Below, piece by piece: positions 18,500 through 31,117 of a stretch of DNA of 64,000 nucleotides; the stretch's first letter is position 1, and each line of letters begins with the position of its first letter. The notes beneath the pieces are model-generated. The model had not been told where the DNA came from, made no database searches, and saw nothing but the letters and a program-made list of their open reading frames with translations. The DNA is from Oikopleura dioica (lineage: Eukaryota > Animalia > Chordata), in contig OU015569.1 of NCBI GenBank assembly GCA_907165135.1, forward strand, positions 5,642,001-5,706,000, given 5' to 3'. Both the position numbers and the translations under genes were made by a program.

Positions 18500-21400
18500 A
18501 GCTCTCAGCGCGGCGTCCGGTTGACCGTCGCCCGTTTTCAATCGGTCGCTCGATAGATCGAAAAACGCGCTAATATTCGCTATCACGTGAGCTGTCAGTG
18601 GCGAGAGCGGGCACCAAATCATCATCCCTTGATTTCCGGTTCCTCTCAGCGGCGAGCGTTCTCTGAGGTCTCAAATTTGTTTGAAATTTTGCACTGGCAG
18701 CCACTTCACCAACCGCTCAGCCAAAAGCAAATCCACAAAGATCCCGCTCCAAGTTGCTTCCGCCCAGTTACATAAGCTAAGTAATTCCGAATCTCTCATT
18801 TTTCGCAGCATCAGCAACCGGACACACGATCTTTCAACGAATCGCACGTAGAACGTGAATTCTCTTTCCTTTCTGCTCTCATTTACCTGTTGATTATTCA
18901 ACTACGGTGTTAGCTTCTAAACCGTGCTCACTCGTGTAATTGAAAGTGTTAGATCTGATAAAGAATCATCTCCAGCGCGGGGCTCCAACGTGGTGTTAAG
19001 AGGAAATCTTCGTTAGCCCTTTCGGATGATCGCAGTTCCCAAGCAGCACCGGCCAGACCCTTGCGTTCAAGTTGAATTCAACCCTTTTCATTTTCAATTT
19101 GCGTTTTAGGAGAGTGAGAGAGCACTTGATACTTTTGACGGAGTTATGCAACTGGCGGCCGCGAGCCGGAAGTCCAGTATAGCGCTGGTCGAGCTGCTTA
19201 TCGCGTGCCCGGTGATAAGCATCAATACGGATTTATAGCGGGAACAGAATTCTGCGCGGCTCCGGATCACATCCATTCAATATGTAATGTTTTACTAAGT
19301 TTCCTTTCGGAACAATCCCAAAAGTCATAGAAACTATTTTATGAATATTTCAGCAAGGATATGAAAATTCATTGATGGAAGAAGCCCTTATCGCCAGTTC
19401 TTTTTCGAAGGAAGCGCTAATTTATCAATGAGGCGGATGTGGGGCTTCGATTGACCATCATTATTCAACTATCTGAGATAGCGGAAGCGCGCGTACTTTC
19501 CTTAGAGGCAATTTGACCAAACTGAGCTAATCTTTTTCTCAAATATCCGCTTTGGCGGAAAGTGGTGGAGAGGCTTGAGCAGCCGTGTTTTCTTTTTTTG
19601 GCTTGGGTCTATTTTTTTCTTCGATTACAGTAGAGGCCGACGATGGTGATTATTGCCGAGAGGCGGTTTTCGGCAGGGGTCGGTTTTGACAAATTGTCGC
19701 TTTGGATTGTTGCAAGGAAGCGGTTGTTTGCACTGGTGGTGGTGCTGCCACCGCTCGCTACTTTGATAAATATGGGAGGGTCCGTCCGGACACTGCTCTT
19801 CCTGCCGAGATCCGGACTCAGAATGTAATCGCTTCGAAGCGCTACGAAGCGAGTGTTTTGTGACCTCTCTTCAGCGCGAGTCGCACTCGACTTAGCACGT
19901 CCGGCGCAACATCCGATGGTCAGCGCCGCCACAGCCGCCATCAGAAGCACTACCGGGGTTGCAATTCTAGTGCCAAATTCTCCTACCTCTCGAATACCAA
20001 TTTACCCTTATCACCGAAATCAGCAATTCAGAAGCCCCCTCCTCCACTCCATTTTAGATCTCTCGTTTTGCGGAAAGCCTACACGTCTGAGCTCAATGTT
20101 CATCCCTCATTGGGGTGGTTTGAAGCCGGATGCGCCAGTTTCCAAAAAGCTGCCAGTTCCGGAAACGGTCGTTTTTGTTTGTCGAAGTGGCGATTAGTTC
20201 ACGGGAGCCTGTTTGTGGCACAATACGGCGATTCCGGTTGTAGCTCTCAGATCCGTTTGGGAACTGATTAGCGCTGACCGGCGGGTTATCCTGCACTTGG
20301 AAGGGCTTCTCATTGGCTGAAGAGTTCCATTTATCGCTCCATCACCTTTCTATTTTAATGCGGAACTGCTTTCTTCAAGACGCTTATCACTGCTACTTTT
20401 GATTTTGGAAAGTGTTATCAGCGTAAAAGTGATTAGCCAAATCGCTTTGTTTCCTATCAAATATAGTAATTACAATTTTTATGATAAGACCTGCGTGGTG
20501 ATAAGCTCAGGCCGAACAGTCTACTTGTTTGTTCCGTATTTCGAGATCTCCCGCCGAGATGGCCGCGATAACGCTCAGCCGTCCAAGGGCGAGGCTTCAT
20601 AATGAACGGCCAGTGCCACTGATAAGAACCTTAACGCACCATCTCGGCGGGTGATCGATGCCGAGATGGCGAGTAGCGCGTAACTCGGCAGGACATCGAT
20701 GCCGCGATCGGCGCCACTGATAAAAGACTCATAAATTTACTAGCGCGTGCTCGGCCTCTGACTCTAGAAGAGACTCTCATCAGCGCTAGAATGAGCCGGG
20801 CTTCCTGCCGCTGACAGCGCAGCCCAAGAACATCAAAGAGGAAATGGTCCCCTTCGAAGGGACACTTCCGTCCTTGAAAAATCACTTCCCCTCGAAAATA
20901 ATCCCTCATTCTCCAAATCACCATATTCTATCATTAGCCGGACCGGTTTCGGAGAGAAAGAATTTATCGCTCTTCAGGGCGGCAGGACAAGTGTTAAATA
21001 CAAAAGTACTTATTTATTTGTGACAATTTTGATGGCGTCATTGGGCGGAAACGAGCTTGGCTTTATACACAAGCTCGGTTTCCGCTAGCGGCTTTTCCGG
21101 AAGCAGAAAACACCTTTCGAAGCGATAAACCGCGCTTGCTACCGTCGACCACGTGACATTTCGAGCTCATCGCAGAACCGAACCCTTCCGGAAATTGAAA
21201 ATTTAACGCCCACGTGAAGCATTCCCATAATGTGAAGTGATTTGCGTCACAAATGCCTGATTTCGCACTGATAAATCATCTTATCACATCTCTTCCCATA
21301 ATATTTGATTCTAGTGCTCAAATTAGACAGTTTCTGTACAAGGGACTTTGTAAGGCAGGGTACTAGGGTCAAAGTTTGAATATTAATTTTCTGTCTTCGA

Positions 21401-24300
21401 CTAGGAGCGTTGATTTTATTATTCGTTGCTTCTTCTCACCGGAAATTTGGAATTTTCCACTTTGTGATAAGGGCCAGGATTTGCATTTAAATCTATGGCA
21501 GTCTTCTCTAGGTCCATTTTTAGACGCGCCGGAAGCGCGAAAGGTCTCCACGATCCTTTTCCCCAAAACGCTTCCGATTTCGTTTATCAACAAATGCAAC
21601 AGCTCGCTCCACCAAAATTTATATGGCCGTAGCTCCGGAATTTATCAAAAAAGAAAACACTGTCCATAGATAAATGAGACCCCACTTCGGATACATTTGC
21701 ATGGCCCTGAATCTTATCGAAATTTGTGGTAAAAATCTATAGTAAATCATTGCACCGTAAAATGAGAGTGCAGCTTCCAATTTCCGGAAAGATGCATAAT
21801 CGGAGGCGCCGCTGAGTAGATCCCTCTCTCCCTTAATATAATCGACAACAACTACTCCATTTAGCAAGATTATAAGTTACAATTTATTACTATGTGCGAC
21901 ATACTCACTCGGCCTAGCAAGTTTTTCCTGTACGATGAGCGAGATAGTAGGAATTTGGAATCGTCTGAGCGTGAGTAACCAGTTTCGAAATTTTGCCGGT
22001 TCATGTTGTGCCGATGTCGAGTGATATTTTTGACAAGTACTCTCATCCTTTTTACGACTATTCTGTGGCACTCTTTGCAAATCCGGCGAAAGTGCTGCGG
22101 GCTTGGCACGTCCGGGCGATCTCCTGCCGAGATGGCTGCTGCTGATAAGAGAATTGTATTTGGGATTCCCTCAAAGCCTTCGCCTCTCTTATCAGCGAAT
22201 TGGCATCATCCGGCGGGAGTCAGCGCGGCGGGAGACCGATGTTCTTATCAGTAAATTAACATCCCTTTTATTGCATTTTCTGCCGCGTCAAGAAGTCATC
22301 AAGCTTCGACGCTGAGGGGTTAAGGTTGCGAATTAGGGTTATCAGGGGAGACATCTGGGCATCGCGCTAAGTACTAAAACGTACGACAGAGCGTGCGACA
22401 TCGCCTTATCGCACAGCATAATCCCTTTTACGGAACCGACGAGATAAAATTGCCAAATTTTAGAAACTCCCCAAATAGTTATTTTGGCGAAATTCTACCG
22501 CTATCAAGGGCTGCCTAAGCGCTACAAAGCAAATTGTTTGACGATAACATTTCTCGCATTTAGACGTGTTTGGCGCGTTGCAAGGCGACTGGTTGGAGAA
22601 CTCTGCGACGGACGACGACCAATTCGTGCCGGAAGTAGGATGTAAGTAGCAGCTCACGTGACTTCCGATGAAACACTCGAGTCAGACTGATTCGGAAGTC
22701 TCCTCATGATTACGCCCAGTGCTCACCATTCCCTAGCTCCTGAATATTCCCACCAGAATTTTCATTGACCACTTTCCCCTAGCATCGTAATACCCCGCCT
22801 GTACTGACCATGCCAATAATTTGTATAGGTTTTAAGACTTCGCCCATCTATAGACCAATTGTAGCCTTCAAAGTATACGAAAGAACACTAATTAGATTAG
22901 GCGCTTCTGATTGGCTGGCTTACGAGAACAGCGCCACCCCGATTTACATTTCGTAAACATTTTGTATAATTAGCAGCTTACAATAGAAAACGACAACAAA
23001 GTAATAACAAATTACGAGCTTGCTGAGCGAATAAAATTAGATACCCGATTGACAAATTTCGCTGCGAGAGATCGGGGCGTTCGAAGCGTCCGGAAATGGC
23101 GTCGGAAGTGGCTCGAGCGGCCCAATAGTTACGCATCCGGAATTTACACGATAATTATTATAATTTTGCGTGATTACCCTTACTCCTTACGATGGGTTCG
23201 GAAACAGCGAGCGTCTGTAACCGGTAGCCACTTCCGTGCGCTACTTCCGATACCGCCACTGCTTCCGTTGCTTCAAACGCGTTCAGAATATTCATAATCC
23301 TACAAAAATGCTTCGCCCATTTTGCGGTCCAAAAACTACAAACCCTCAATATTCCGGGCCAAGACTAGAACACCATCGTCTATAATCAATCTTTCACCTT
23401 TCGGACCGAAAGTTTCGGTAAATCCACTGTAAGTCATAACTTGTCGCCAATTTGAGCATAAGATAGCCTTTTGTGATTTTCATTAAAAGTTATTACAATT
23501 AATTCTAAGTCGACTTAGTTTTTTCTTAATTCAAATGTTCACGAGACTTCCTCTTCCTAAAAAACACTTTCCAGCGCGCTTCCCGTATCAAATATTTGCG
23601 CTGAAACTTTATGGAAGTAGAATAAGTTAAAGCGCTCTTCGCTTGGCGAACAAACGCTTTGTTCGACAAAAGATTTCTCCGGAAGAAAACGCACAAACGC
23701 ACATTGTAAGGCACATCCGCCGCCAATTTCAACTCAAAGGAATCCTCTTTTTGACTTTTACAATTACTTTTCAATTTCTTTAATTTCCGTCCCCACCACC
23801 GAATTAACCTCAAGCAGAGCTCTTCATCTTTTCATCGCTATGTAACTCGCTAGACTCTCATAAAACAAAATGCTCGTAATCCGTCTTTTAACTGTTTTTA
23901 CCTGTTTATGAGACGATTTGGCTTGGATTTGGGCGTGAACCGAAAGTGAGTGATAAGAAAGGTCCGTTAACTCATGGCGAGTAATCACAGGCGGAAGACG
24001 GTTTCGCTAAAACTTCCGGTGGCGGTGGCTGGAGCGCGGGGAAGAGCTCCCTTAGTCGCCAGGTCGAGACCGGGCGGCGACGAAGTCGGTTGAACCAAGT
24101 TCCGCCCAAGAAAATGTCGGACGCAATCACGTGACTACTTGAATCTGGCCTGCAGATCCCAAGTCTGGGCTCAGACAGGCAGCCTCAGACTCCTGGCCGC
24201 CGTCAGCTTCCGCCGCACCGACACCTTAAGCCGGAAATCAAAACGATAAAGTTAACGTGACAAAGCCGGCGCTGGGCGCAACTTGTGCTTTGAGATGCAT
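18500..24300. promoter_or_regulatory. Dense ETS/GATA/E-box motif field (putative enhancer cluster in PEA3 intron 1)
   Basis: CCGGAAGT at 19166, 22629, 24012; at least 12 TGATAAG/CTTATCA between 19213 and 23957; CACGTG at 18584, 21150, 21211, 22655, about 24128; no credible spliced ORF. Confidence 0.55.
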
Positions 24301-24782
24301 AGATCGACTGCACGTTTGGATTAGTTAGGAGGATATGTTCTTCCGGTTTCATTTTTCAGTGCGTTTAGCTACCCATTCAGTTACATTTTCAATAGTCATC
24401 CACTGGACATTTTTTCCAAAATCAAGACAAGTCAGAGAAAAGTTGGGCGTGATTCGTGCGTCCTGTGAATCTAATCCACCGGGGCTTACAAGTACAAGTG
24501 GTTTTCCTCCTGTAACATAAGCTTTTGCCTTCGCCGACTTCTAATCCAGCGGTCGGCGCTGCAGTGGTAACTTTCACGCCGCTCCCATTGGACGCGGAAA
24601 TCCACCACTCCAGAAAATGTGTTAGATTTGACACCCTGGCGCTCGCGAGCACTCCCTCTTATTTTTCAGGAGCGCCATTGGTACCAATCGAATTCCCTAA
24701 CCATCACTTCCCTTTCTTTATTTTTGCATCGTTAATATATTAATTGATCAGGCGAAACATAGTACGTAATTATTTTTTATAG

Positions 24783-27700
24783 ATGGCTCCGGATCCCGGC
24801 CCACTACGCAGCAACGTGACCAAGTAAAAGTGCCTGAGTTTGGCGCACAAAATGGTGCAGCTGGGAACAACAAAGAACGTCCAAAGCCAACCTCTACAGT
24901 TCCTCCAAATGGGAATCAACCTCAACCACAGAACCTTACAGCGACAGGCAGCAGTGCCGCGCCCAACAATGCGAGCAGTACGCCGTCTACCAATACAGTT
25001 GTACCAAGCAATAACAATTCAACGACAACAACCAACACTGGAGGTAAGAAGGGCATCTTAAAGCCAGATGCCGCCCCAGAGCGCTAACCGCAATTCCGGA
25101 AAATGCCAATTTCCGCAGCCGATTCAAGCCGGAGATATTTTGACCAGATTTAGGCAACGCAATCGCAGAAATCTCACTGACAAAACAAAATCGATTACGA
25201 TTGTCTAAGAGCAGCTCAAAGGTCGCAACCACCAAAGTTACTTAATTTTTAAATTCATCTAAAACGTAAAGCAGGGACTGTGTAGATGTAGATGTCGCTG
25301 TTAGGATCGGCCGCGCGTTCGCCGCAATTCCGGAAAATGGCAATTTCCGGAGTCTATGCAAACCGGCCTCACGTGATCGTCACGTGTAGCCGCCTTCTAA
25401 AAGCCTCCTCAACTGCTCGTCCGTTTATATAATCCTCGAAAATACTAATTTAAATATTCTAGTGCCACCTGTTCAAAGTGTTTCATCGAGCACGAACCCA
25501 GCAAACACGACGCCCACGCTGGCGCCGCTGACTCAGCCATCACCGACAACTCAACCAGCGCAGTCTCAGCAGCCGCCGCATTCGCAGCACCAGACGAATG
25601 CCCAAGCACCGCCAAGACCAGCTAGCCAGACTCCCTCCTCGCCTGCACAGGTAAACCAGAAGGCCTCCACTTCGGTCTTAAATAAGTTTCAAGATCTCGC
25701 AAGCCTCGCTCTTCTCCAACATCAACCGCTCGTCATCATTGCCGATCCCTACATCTAGCACCGCACTGTCTTCCACTTTCACCTCGATGCCACAGATGCC
25801 TTCCATGTATTCGGCGGCGTCCTCGACCGCAGCGGGAGGCGCCGGTGTCGCCAACCCCTACACGAATCCGTACCAAGCCTTCGCCGGCGCTGCTGCTTAT
25901 GGAGCGTATCAACCATGGTGAGTGAAAGAATTGCTGCAGAAGTGACGGCAGAGGCGTTTTGATTAGGCGCTGGTGTCTAAAAGTGACAGTGGGATGCTTT
26001 AGGGGATTACCGCTCGGCGGATATAAAATTCGCCCGGCCGGATATATCCTTATCCTTTTTGCATCTTGTTTACACAAGCGACTTCCGGTACAGTTCAACT
26101 CGCTTGTCACTCTGCACGCGCCGATAACGAAATCCATTTATTCCCACTCACGAAGTTAAATCAAACTTGCCCTTGTTTACGTAACTGTAGATTGCTCTTC
26201 CCATTTTCTCTCGTATCTGTATTTTCAGAGTTTCAAAATTCGAGTATTTCATTGCTTGGTAGGGACTTTTTGACTATAGTCATGATTTAAATGATCGATT
26301 GTTAGTTTACACGAGACTGACGTTATTTTGGGGGCCGCTTCCTTAGCAGTGTGACGTTTTGATTTCACGGCGGGTAGACATCTCGGCATCGGCACTTCCG
26401 AGCCTCGGGGCTTCAAGTAGTGAGCTTGACCGGATACGCTAGAACTGTAAATATGTATATACATCATATATTATACGCTAGAAAAATATGCTTACGAGTG
26501 GGATTCGAGTTTATCGGTTCGACTAGATCCGGATTAAACGACTTTATTTCAGGCTGCGAGCTGCGACACCCAGTGCGAATCCTTGGGAAGATCCGCAAAG
26601 ACGCTTACAGGTAATTTCAAATAAAAAGATAATTTTTCTTCGATGTGAAATGGAACACGTAGACTATTCGCTCGCATAAGGAAATGTGAGCATGTTAAGA
26701 TTATGCAAAGATTCTTGATTTCTTCGGAAGCCAATGGCTGTTTAATCTTAAGTATCTGCGTATTCACCTTGGCTTCGGATAGGACCGGGAGCATGAGTTA
26801 GCGATAACACGCTTCATGATGGGTATCGCGCACCGCCGGCGACAGATAGTCGTAACGCCGGACACTACTCGTTCCGTTCCATCCATTCTATCCGTTTCTT
26901 AAACTTATCCCTCTTTTAGGATTTCTCCGGGTTAGGAGTTCCCTCAGCAAATCCGCTTGCGCTTGGTCTAGCATCGGTCGCCGATGTCACAGAAAAAGTC
27001 AAATCAGAACCAGGACTCAACCCAGCAGCTCTCAGAGCGTTCGAACAAAGTCACAGGCCTTTGGATTTATCAAATGGTGGATCTGCAGCGACTGCACGAG
27101 CGCAGGTTGACCAAATGGAAAAGAAAAATCAACCAGATCCGAATTCTCAGCAAATGTAAGCAACATCGTCATACGCGTATTTTTAAACAGTATTTAGCTC
27201 TGGAAGAAAAGGAACTCTCCAGCTGTGGCAATTTCTTGTGGCTCTACTAGACGACCCATCGAATGCAAATTTCATTACTTGGACTGGACGCGGCCTCGAG
27301 TTCAAACTTCTTGACCCGGAGGAGGTTGCGCGCCGATGGGGAAAGATGAAGGTAAGTTCGCGCGCGAGATAACCCTTATGAGCGGTAATTATTTTTTCAG
27401 AACCGACCAGCAATGAATTACGACAAGCTCTCGAGAAGCCTGCGTTACTACTACGAAAAAGGAATTATGTCCAAAGGTAGTACTTTCATAACCGAAAGAT
27501 GTTTACCTAGATATTCAGTCGCTGGAGAAAGATATGTGTACAAATTCATTTGTGACCCGAGGGCTCTATTCTCCCTGGCCGGCTTCGGTGGAGACAACAC
27601 TGCCGCTGCGTTGCACTACCACGCTGCTGCCGCCGCTGCTGGCTACCCAGGAGCTATGCAAGGTCATGCTTCGCTTCTAACAGTAAGTCGAGCTTTGCAA

Positions 27701-27825
27701 CTTTGATCTCACAATTTACCCAGCACAATCTGCACGATTACCGCCGTGATTTCGGAAGCCAACTGCCGCTCGCTTTACCGAGTTTTGGAGACAATCAACT
27801 GCCTTGGTCACATCATCAAATGTAA
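24783..27825 (+). CDS. ETV1/4/5 (PEA3): PEA3-subfamily ETS transcription factor
   Basis: Exons 24783-25043, 25463-25650, 25694-25917, 26553-26610, 26920-27155, 27198-27351, 27401-27476, 27519-27682, 27724-27825, all GT-AG in matching phase. ETS domain [88 protein letters not shown]. Confidence 0.96.
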
Positions 27826-28410
27826 ACCGCTCTTTTAGTATGCAGTTGCATTATTTACAGTTTGACCCTACTGACTGAACAGTTCTCTAACGTGACCCTA
27901 AATTCTATTTCCGATTGTTTCTTTTCTATACATATTTCAAATCTGGTAAAACTCACTCAAACACAAACATACCGTATGCTACATACGTAAAAAGTACAAG
28001 ACGGATATCTGGATTGCCTTTTCTGTACAAATATTTAACCGTAACAAAATATGTTTCAACAAAACTATTCTGAAAACGTGTGATAACTGCCGCCTCAGCC
28101 CGAAGGGAATGAATGGGAAACGGTTAGTCCACAAAACAAATTTACCAAAAAGTTATTTTTATCAATATATCATTTTACCGAAATTGCTTTAAATGATGTC
28201 TTGCTAAAAATATTAGCAGGTATTAAAAGTCATGCGATAAAACTGACTACTCGATTGCAATCAAGGAAGACTCGAATCGTTGATAAGTCTATGTTGTTTA
28301 TTTTCCCGAAAAATATTGTATCAATGGTATCAATCATGGTATTTTTCACTGATTGCGATGATGATTGTTTCAATGAAAAGATAAATGGCCGTATTGCATA
28401 ACAAGAAGTA

Positions 28411-29197
28411 TTAGTTTTCGTAAATTCTGGTGAGCGAGCTTGTCGTGAAAGCCTTTTGGCAGGCGGGACAGGTTTTTTGAAGAAGTTGATCCAAGCAACT
28501 CTTGCAGGTGACATGCCCGCATTTAGGTGCGTATCTTTTTCGAATGATGTCGTCGAAATCATGGAGGCAGACTCTGCATTTTGGTCTTTCCACTGAATTT
28601 CATTTGGTAGAGCGAATTTAAATATAAGCAAGGTTACTTGTTCTTTCGATGATCCTAGTTTTCGCAGCACGGAGAGAATCCACATCTTCTTGGGCTCTTT
28701 TGCGTCTGTTTTCTGCATTTTGCCATTTTTTCTTATACTTTTCTGTTTCTTTTTCCGCATTTTTTAAAGTTAGCTCTGCTGGTTTGAGTTGCTCGTTTAT
28801 CGGCCCTATTCTTTAAATTAAATTAAAGCTATTGCTATGAAACTTACGAAGAGCAAACATCCGAAACGCTACAGAACAGCAAGTGTGCGTGAAAAACATT
28901 TTAAAACTCAAAGCATTGTCGCAATTTTTCGCGGGACACCTAAATTTCGGCTGGCTAAATGTAAGATTCTCCAGGTTCCGATTTTGAGAGTCTGCATTCT
29001 CGATGTGAAAAGAGCAGTATGTTAATCCTTCGTGAATCTTCATTTTTTCTTCGACCCTGAAAATTACTCTGCATTTGATTTTTATTTGTTAGATGTTACC
29101 TATTGCAATAATATTCCCCTGTTGTTCGGTCAACCGCATGGCAGCCATGGTTTTGTCCCAGAAACAAATATTCTCTCTCTATAAATTGATCCTCCAT
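28411..29197 (-). CDS. Zinc-finger / coiled-coil / C-terminal C3HC4 RING protein (putative E3 ligase)
   Basis: Four exons spliced by hand; CPAKNC...H.CC (SIAH/TRAF-like finger), a KEN-rich coiled coil, then CRVC-x15-CGH-x2-CKSC-x8-CPAC...TRIY; TATA-like tatatata about 70 nt upstream. Confidence 0.85.
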
Positions 29198-29508
29198 TAC
29201 AAAAGTATGAGATTTTTGGGTGAAAGAGAAAAGTGAATAATGTGCCTGACGGTTCTAAGACTCCTTATATATAGCCAGCTTGAATTATCATGTCCGACTC
29301 AAGTTTGACGCGATATCTGTTGATTGAACCGTCCTGATCACAAGCAGAATTGAACTTTCATTTTAGTATGCTCCCTAGAGATATCAATGATATGATATAA
29401 TTCATATTGCGTATTCAATGACTCTTTTTTATAGAACTATTTACTCCCCCTGCAAATTCAAAAGCACTACTCAAATTGCGATGTCTTTAGAATTAAGAGT
29501 CTACTTAA

Positions 29509-30180
29509 GGCTAGGGTGGTCGATTTGGCCCAAAGCAGGGCTCATAAACTCTGGACTTGTGAATGCCAGAGTACCCTATAATAGCTTTTAATAAAGATCT
29601 ATCCTTGATCTTCTGAATTACAGAAGCTTTTTCCGTCATCTCAAGAAAAAAGCCACTTCCGGTGCCTTCAAAGTTGGCATCTCGGCCAAAATCGCGAAAA
29701 TAGCCCATCTTCAGGGCTCCAAAACTCCAAAGTTTGCATTATGGTCCTATCAGTTCTTACTATTTTTAGATTTCTTAGACCCTAATCTTAAAATTTACAG
29801 AAGGTTTTTCTTATTTGATAGTTTTTTCTTTAGAAAATTTTTCAATAAACCAAGGTACCTTTTTTTTGACTATTCATTCCTATAAAATCCCCTGCGGGCA
29901 TAGCCTAGACGCCACAAGCCCTACCCTAAATGAATGTCCTTAGTATTAGCTTTCCAAAAATGTATCATATGCCACTATTGTAAAGGTTTGAAATTTCAAA
30001 ATATTTGGTTCACTTTCAAAATACACTAATTTTCTGCAGCTTTAGTCGCAATTTCCGGGAGTTCGAGTAGAGATAGCCAAAAAGTGCATAAGGAGTTTTT
30101 TGCTCCAAATTTTCTGAGGAAGCCAAAAATGCAGGTCAAAAAAAGAACCTGAGACTTGGCCAAAATCGACCACCCTAGCC
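29509..30180. mobile_element. 672-bp MITE with about 25-bp TIRs (GGCTAGGGTGGTCGATTT) and TTAA TSD
   Basis: TTAA at 29505-29508 and 30181-30184; terminal inverted repeats ggctagggtggtcgattt / aaatcgaccaccctagcc. Confidence 0.88.
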
Positions 30181-30274
30181 TTAAAGATTCTCCCACTAGA
30201 ATTCATCGCAATTTGAGAAAATTATTGTCGAAACTGGCTGTATTACAAGTTTGCTACATGTTTTAAAAGCAGAT

Positions 30275-30634
30275 TCACTGGTTATCGTTGTTGATTTGGC
30301 CGTTTGGATAGTTTCGTGCCATAAATTCCTCCCATTGTCGAGCGATTTCTGGGTTTTCTTCTCGCCAGTTGCCTCCAGATCCGGTCAGCTGGCGAAATTG
30401 TCGTTCATGCGATTCAAGCTCCATTCGAGCGAATTCCATGCGAATGCGCGCCTGAAATATTCGGTAATTATTTAACAAATTTTTGTGGCTTACCATTTCA
30501 AGTTCTCGTTGCAAACGCTCATGTCGTTCCTGCTCCCTTTGAAGTCGCTCTCTTTCTTGCTCCCTTTCCCGCTGAAATTCTTCTATTTGTCTCTTCGCTT
30601 TTTCGTTGTAGTGATTTTGGTGAACGTTTGCCAT
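30275..30634 (-). CDS. Small E/R/Q-rich coiled-coil protein (about 105 aa), unknown function
   Basis: ATG at 30634; in-frame 42-nt GT-AG intron at 30452-30493; EREQERERLQREQERHERLQRE coiled coil. Confidence 0.7.
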   Translation of the reverse strand: MANVHQNHYNEKAKRQIEEFQREREQERERLQREQERHERLQRELEMVSHKNLLNNYRIFQARIRMEFARMELESHERQFRQLTGSGGNWREENPEIARQWEEFMARNYPNGQINNDNQ

Positions 30635-31117
30635 ATCAAAAAAGACTGTGTGCTCTCTCTTGGTTTTTGGAAAGCAGTGACTGAATTCTGAAAAGCTGAA
30701 GACCAACAACATTACTCTAGAAAATCAGCAACTTTTTAGAAAATCGATTGTTATGATTGAAAAACACGGTTAATATATATTTATACGCATTTAATGTCCT
30801 CAAAAACCTGTTTTCTGGACTATGCAATCAAGGAAGGGTCACAGACAACTTGGCTTACTCAAGTTGTCGATAATTTTTCCCTATTTGATTATTTTTCTGT
30901 AAAAAATTCAATGATTTTACAGTGAGAGCATACGCAAACCTGAGAATGTCTAGCAAGGCATTGATTGTCTTTTATACTAGAAAATCAACCACTATATCGA
31001 AAAAGTGATGATTTCGTTTATTACAGCACGAAATATATGAAAGCTGAGCAGGTTTTTATACAGAACTAGTGGAATATTATTGAACTCCAATTGTATGCAC
31101 CAACAGGCTGAGGCAGT

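Noticed and set aside
19609-22315. Several 60-114-aa ORFs on both strands in the GC-richer PEA3 intron
   Set aside because: No recognisable domains or consistent splice chain; explained by low stop-codon density in motif-rich non-coding DNA.
26500-26540. ggttcga T-loop-like sequence suggesting a tRNA
   Set aside because: No cloverleaf or A-box; no tRNA, rRNA or snRNA gene could be supported anywhere in the window.
28230-28760. 176-aa ORF spanning the RING gene
   Set aside because: An alternative frame that reads through an intron; the spliced model in other frames gives the coherent coiled coil and RING.
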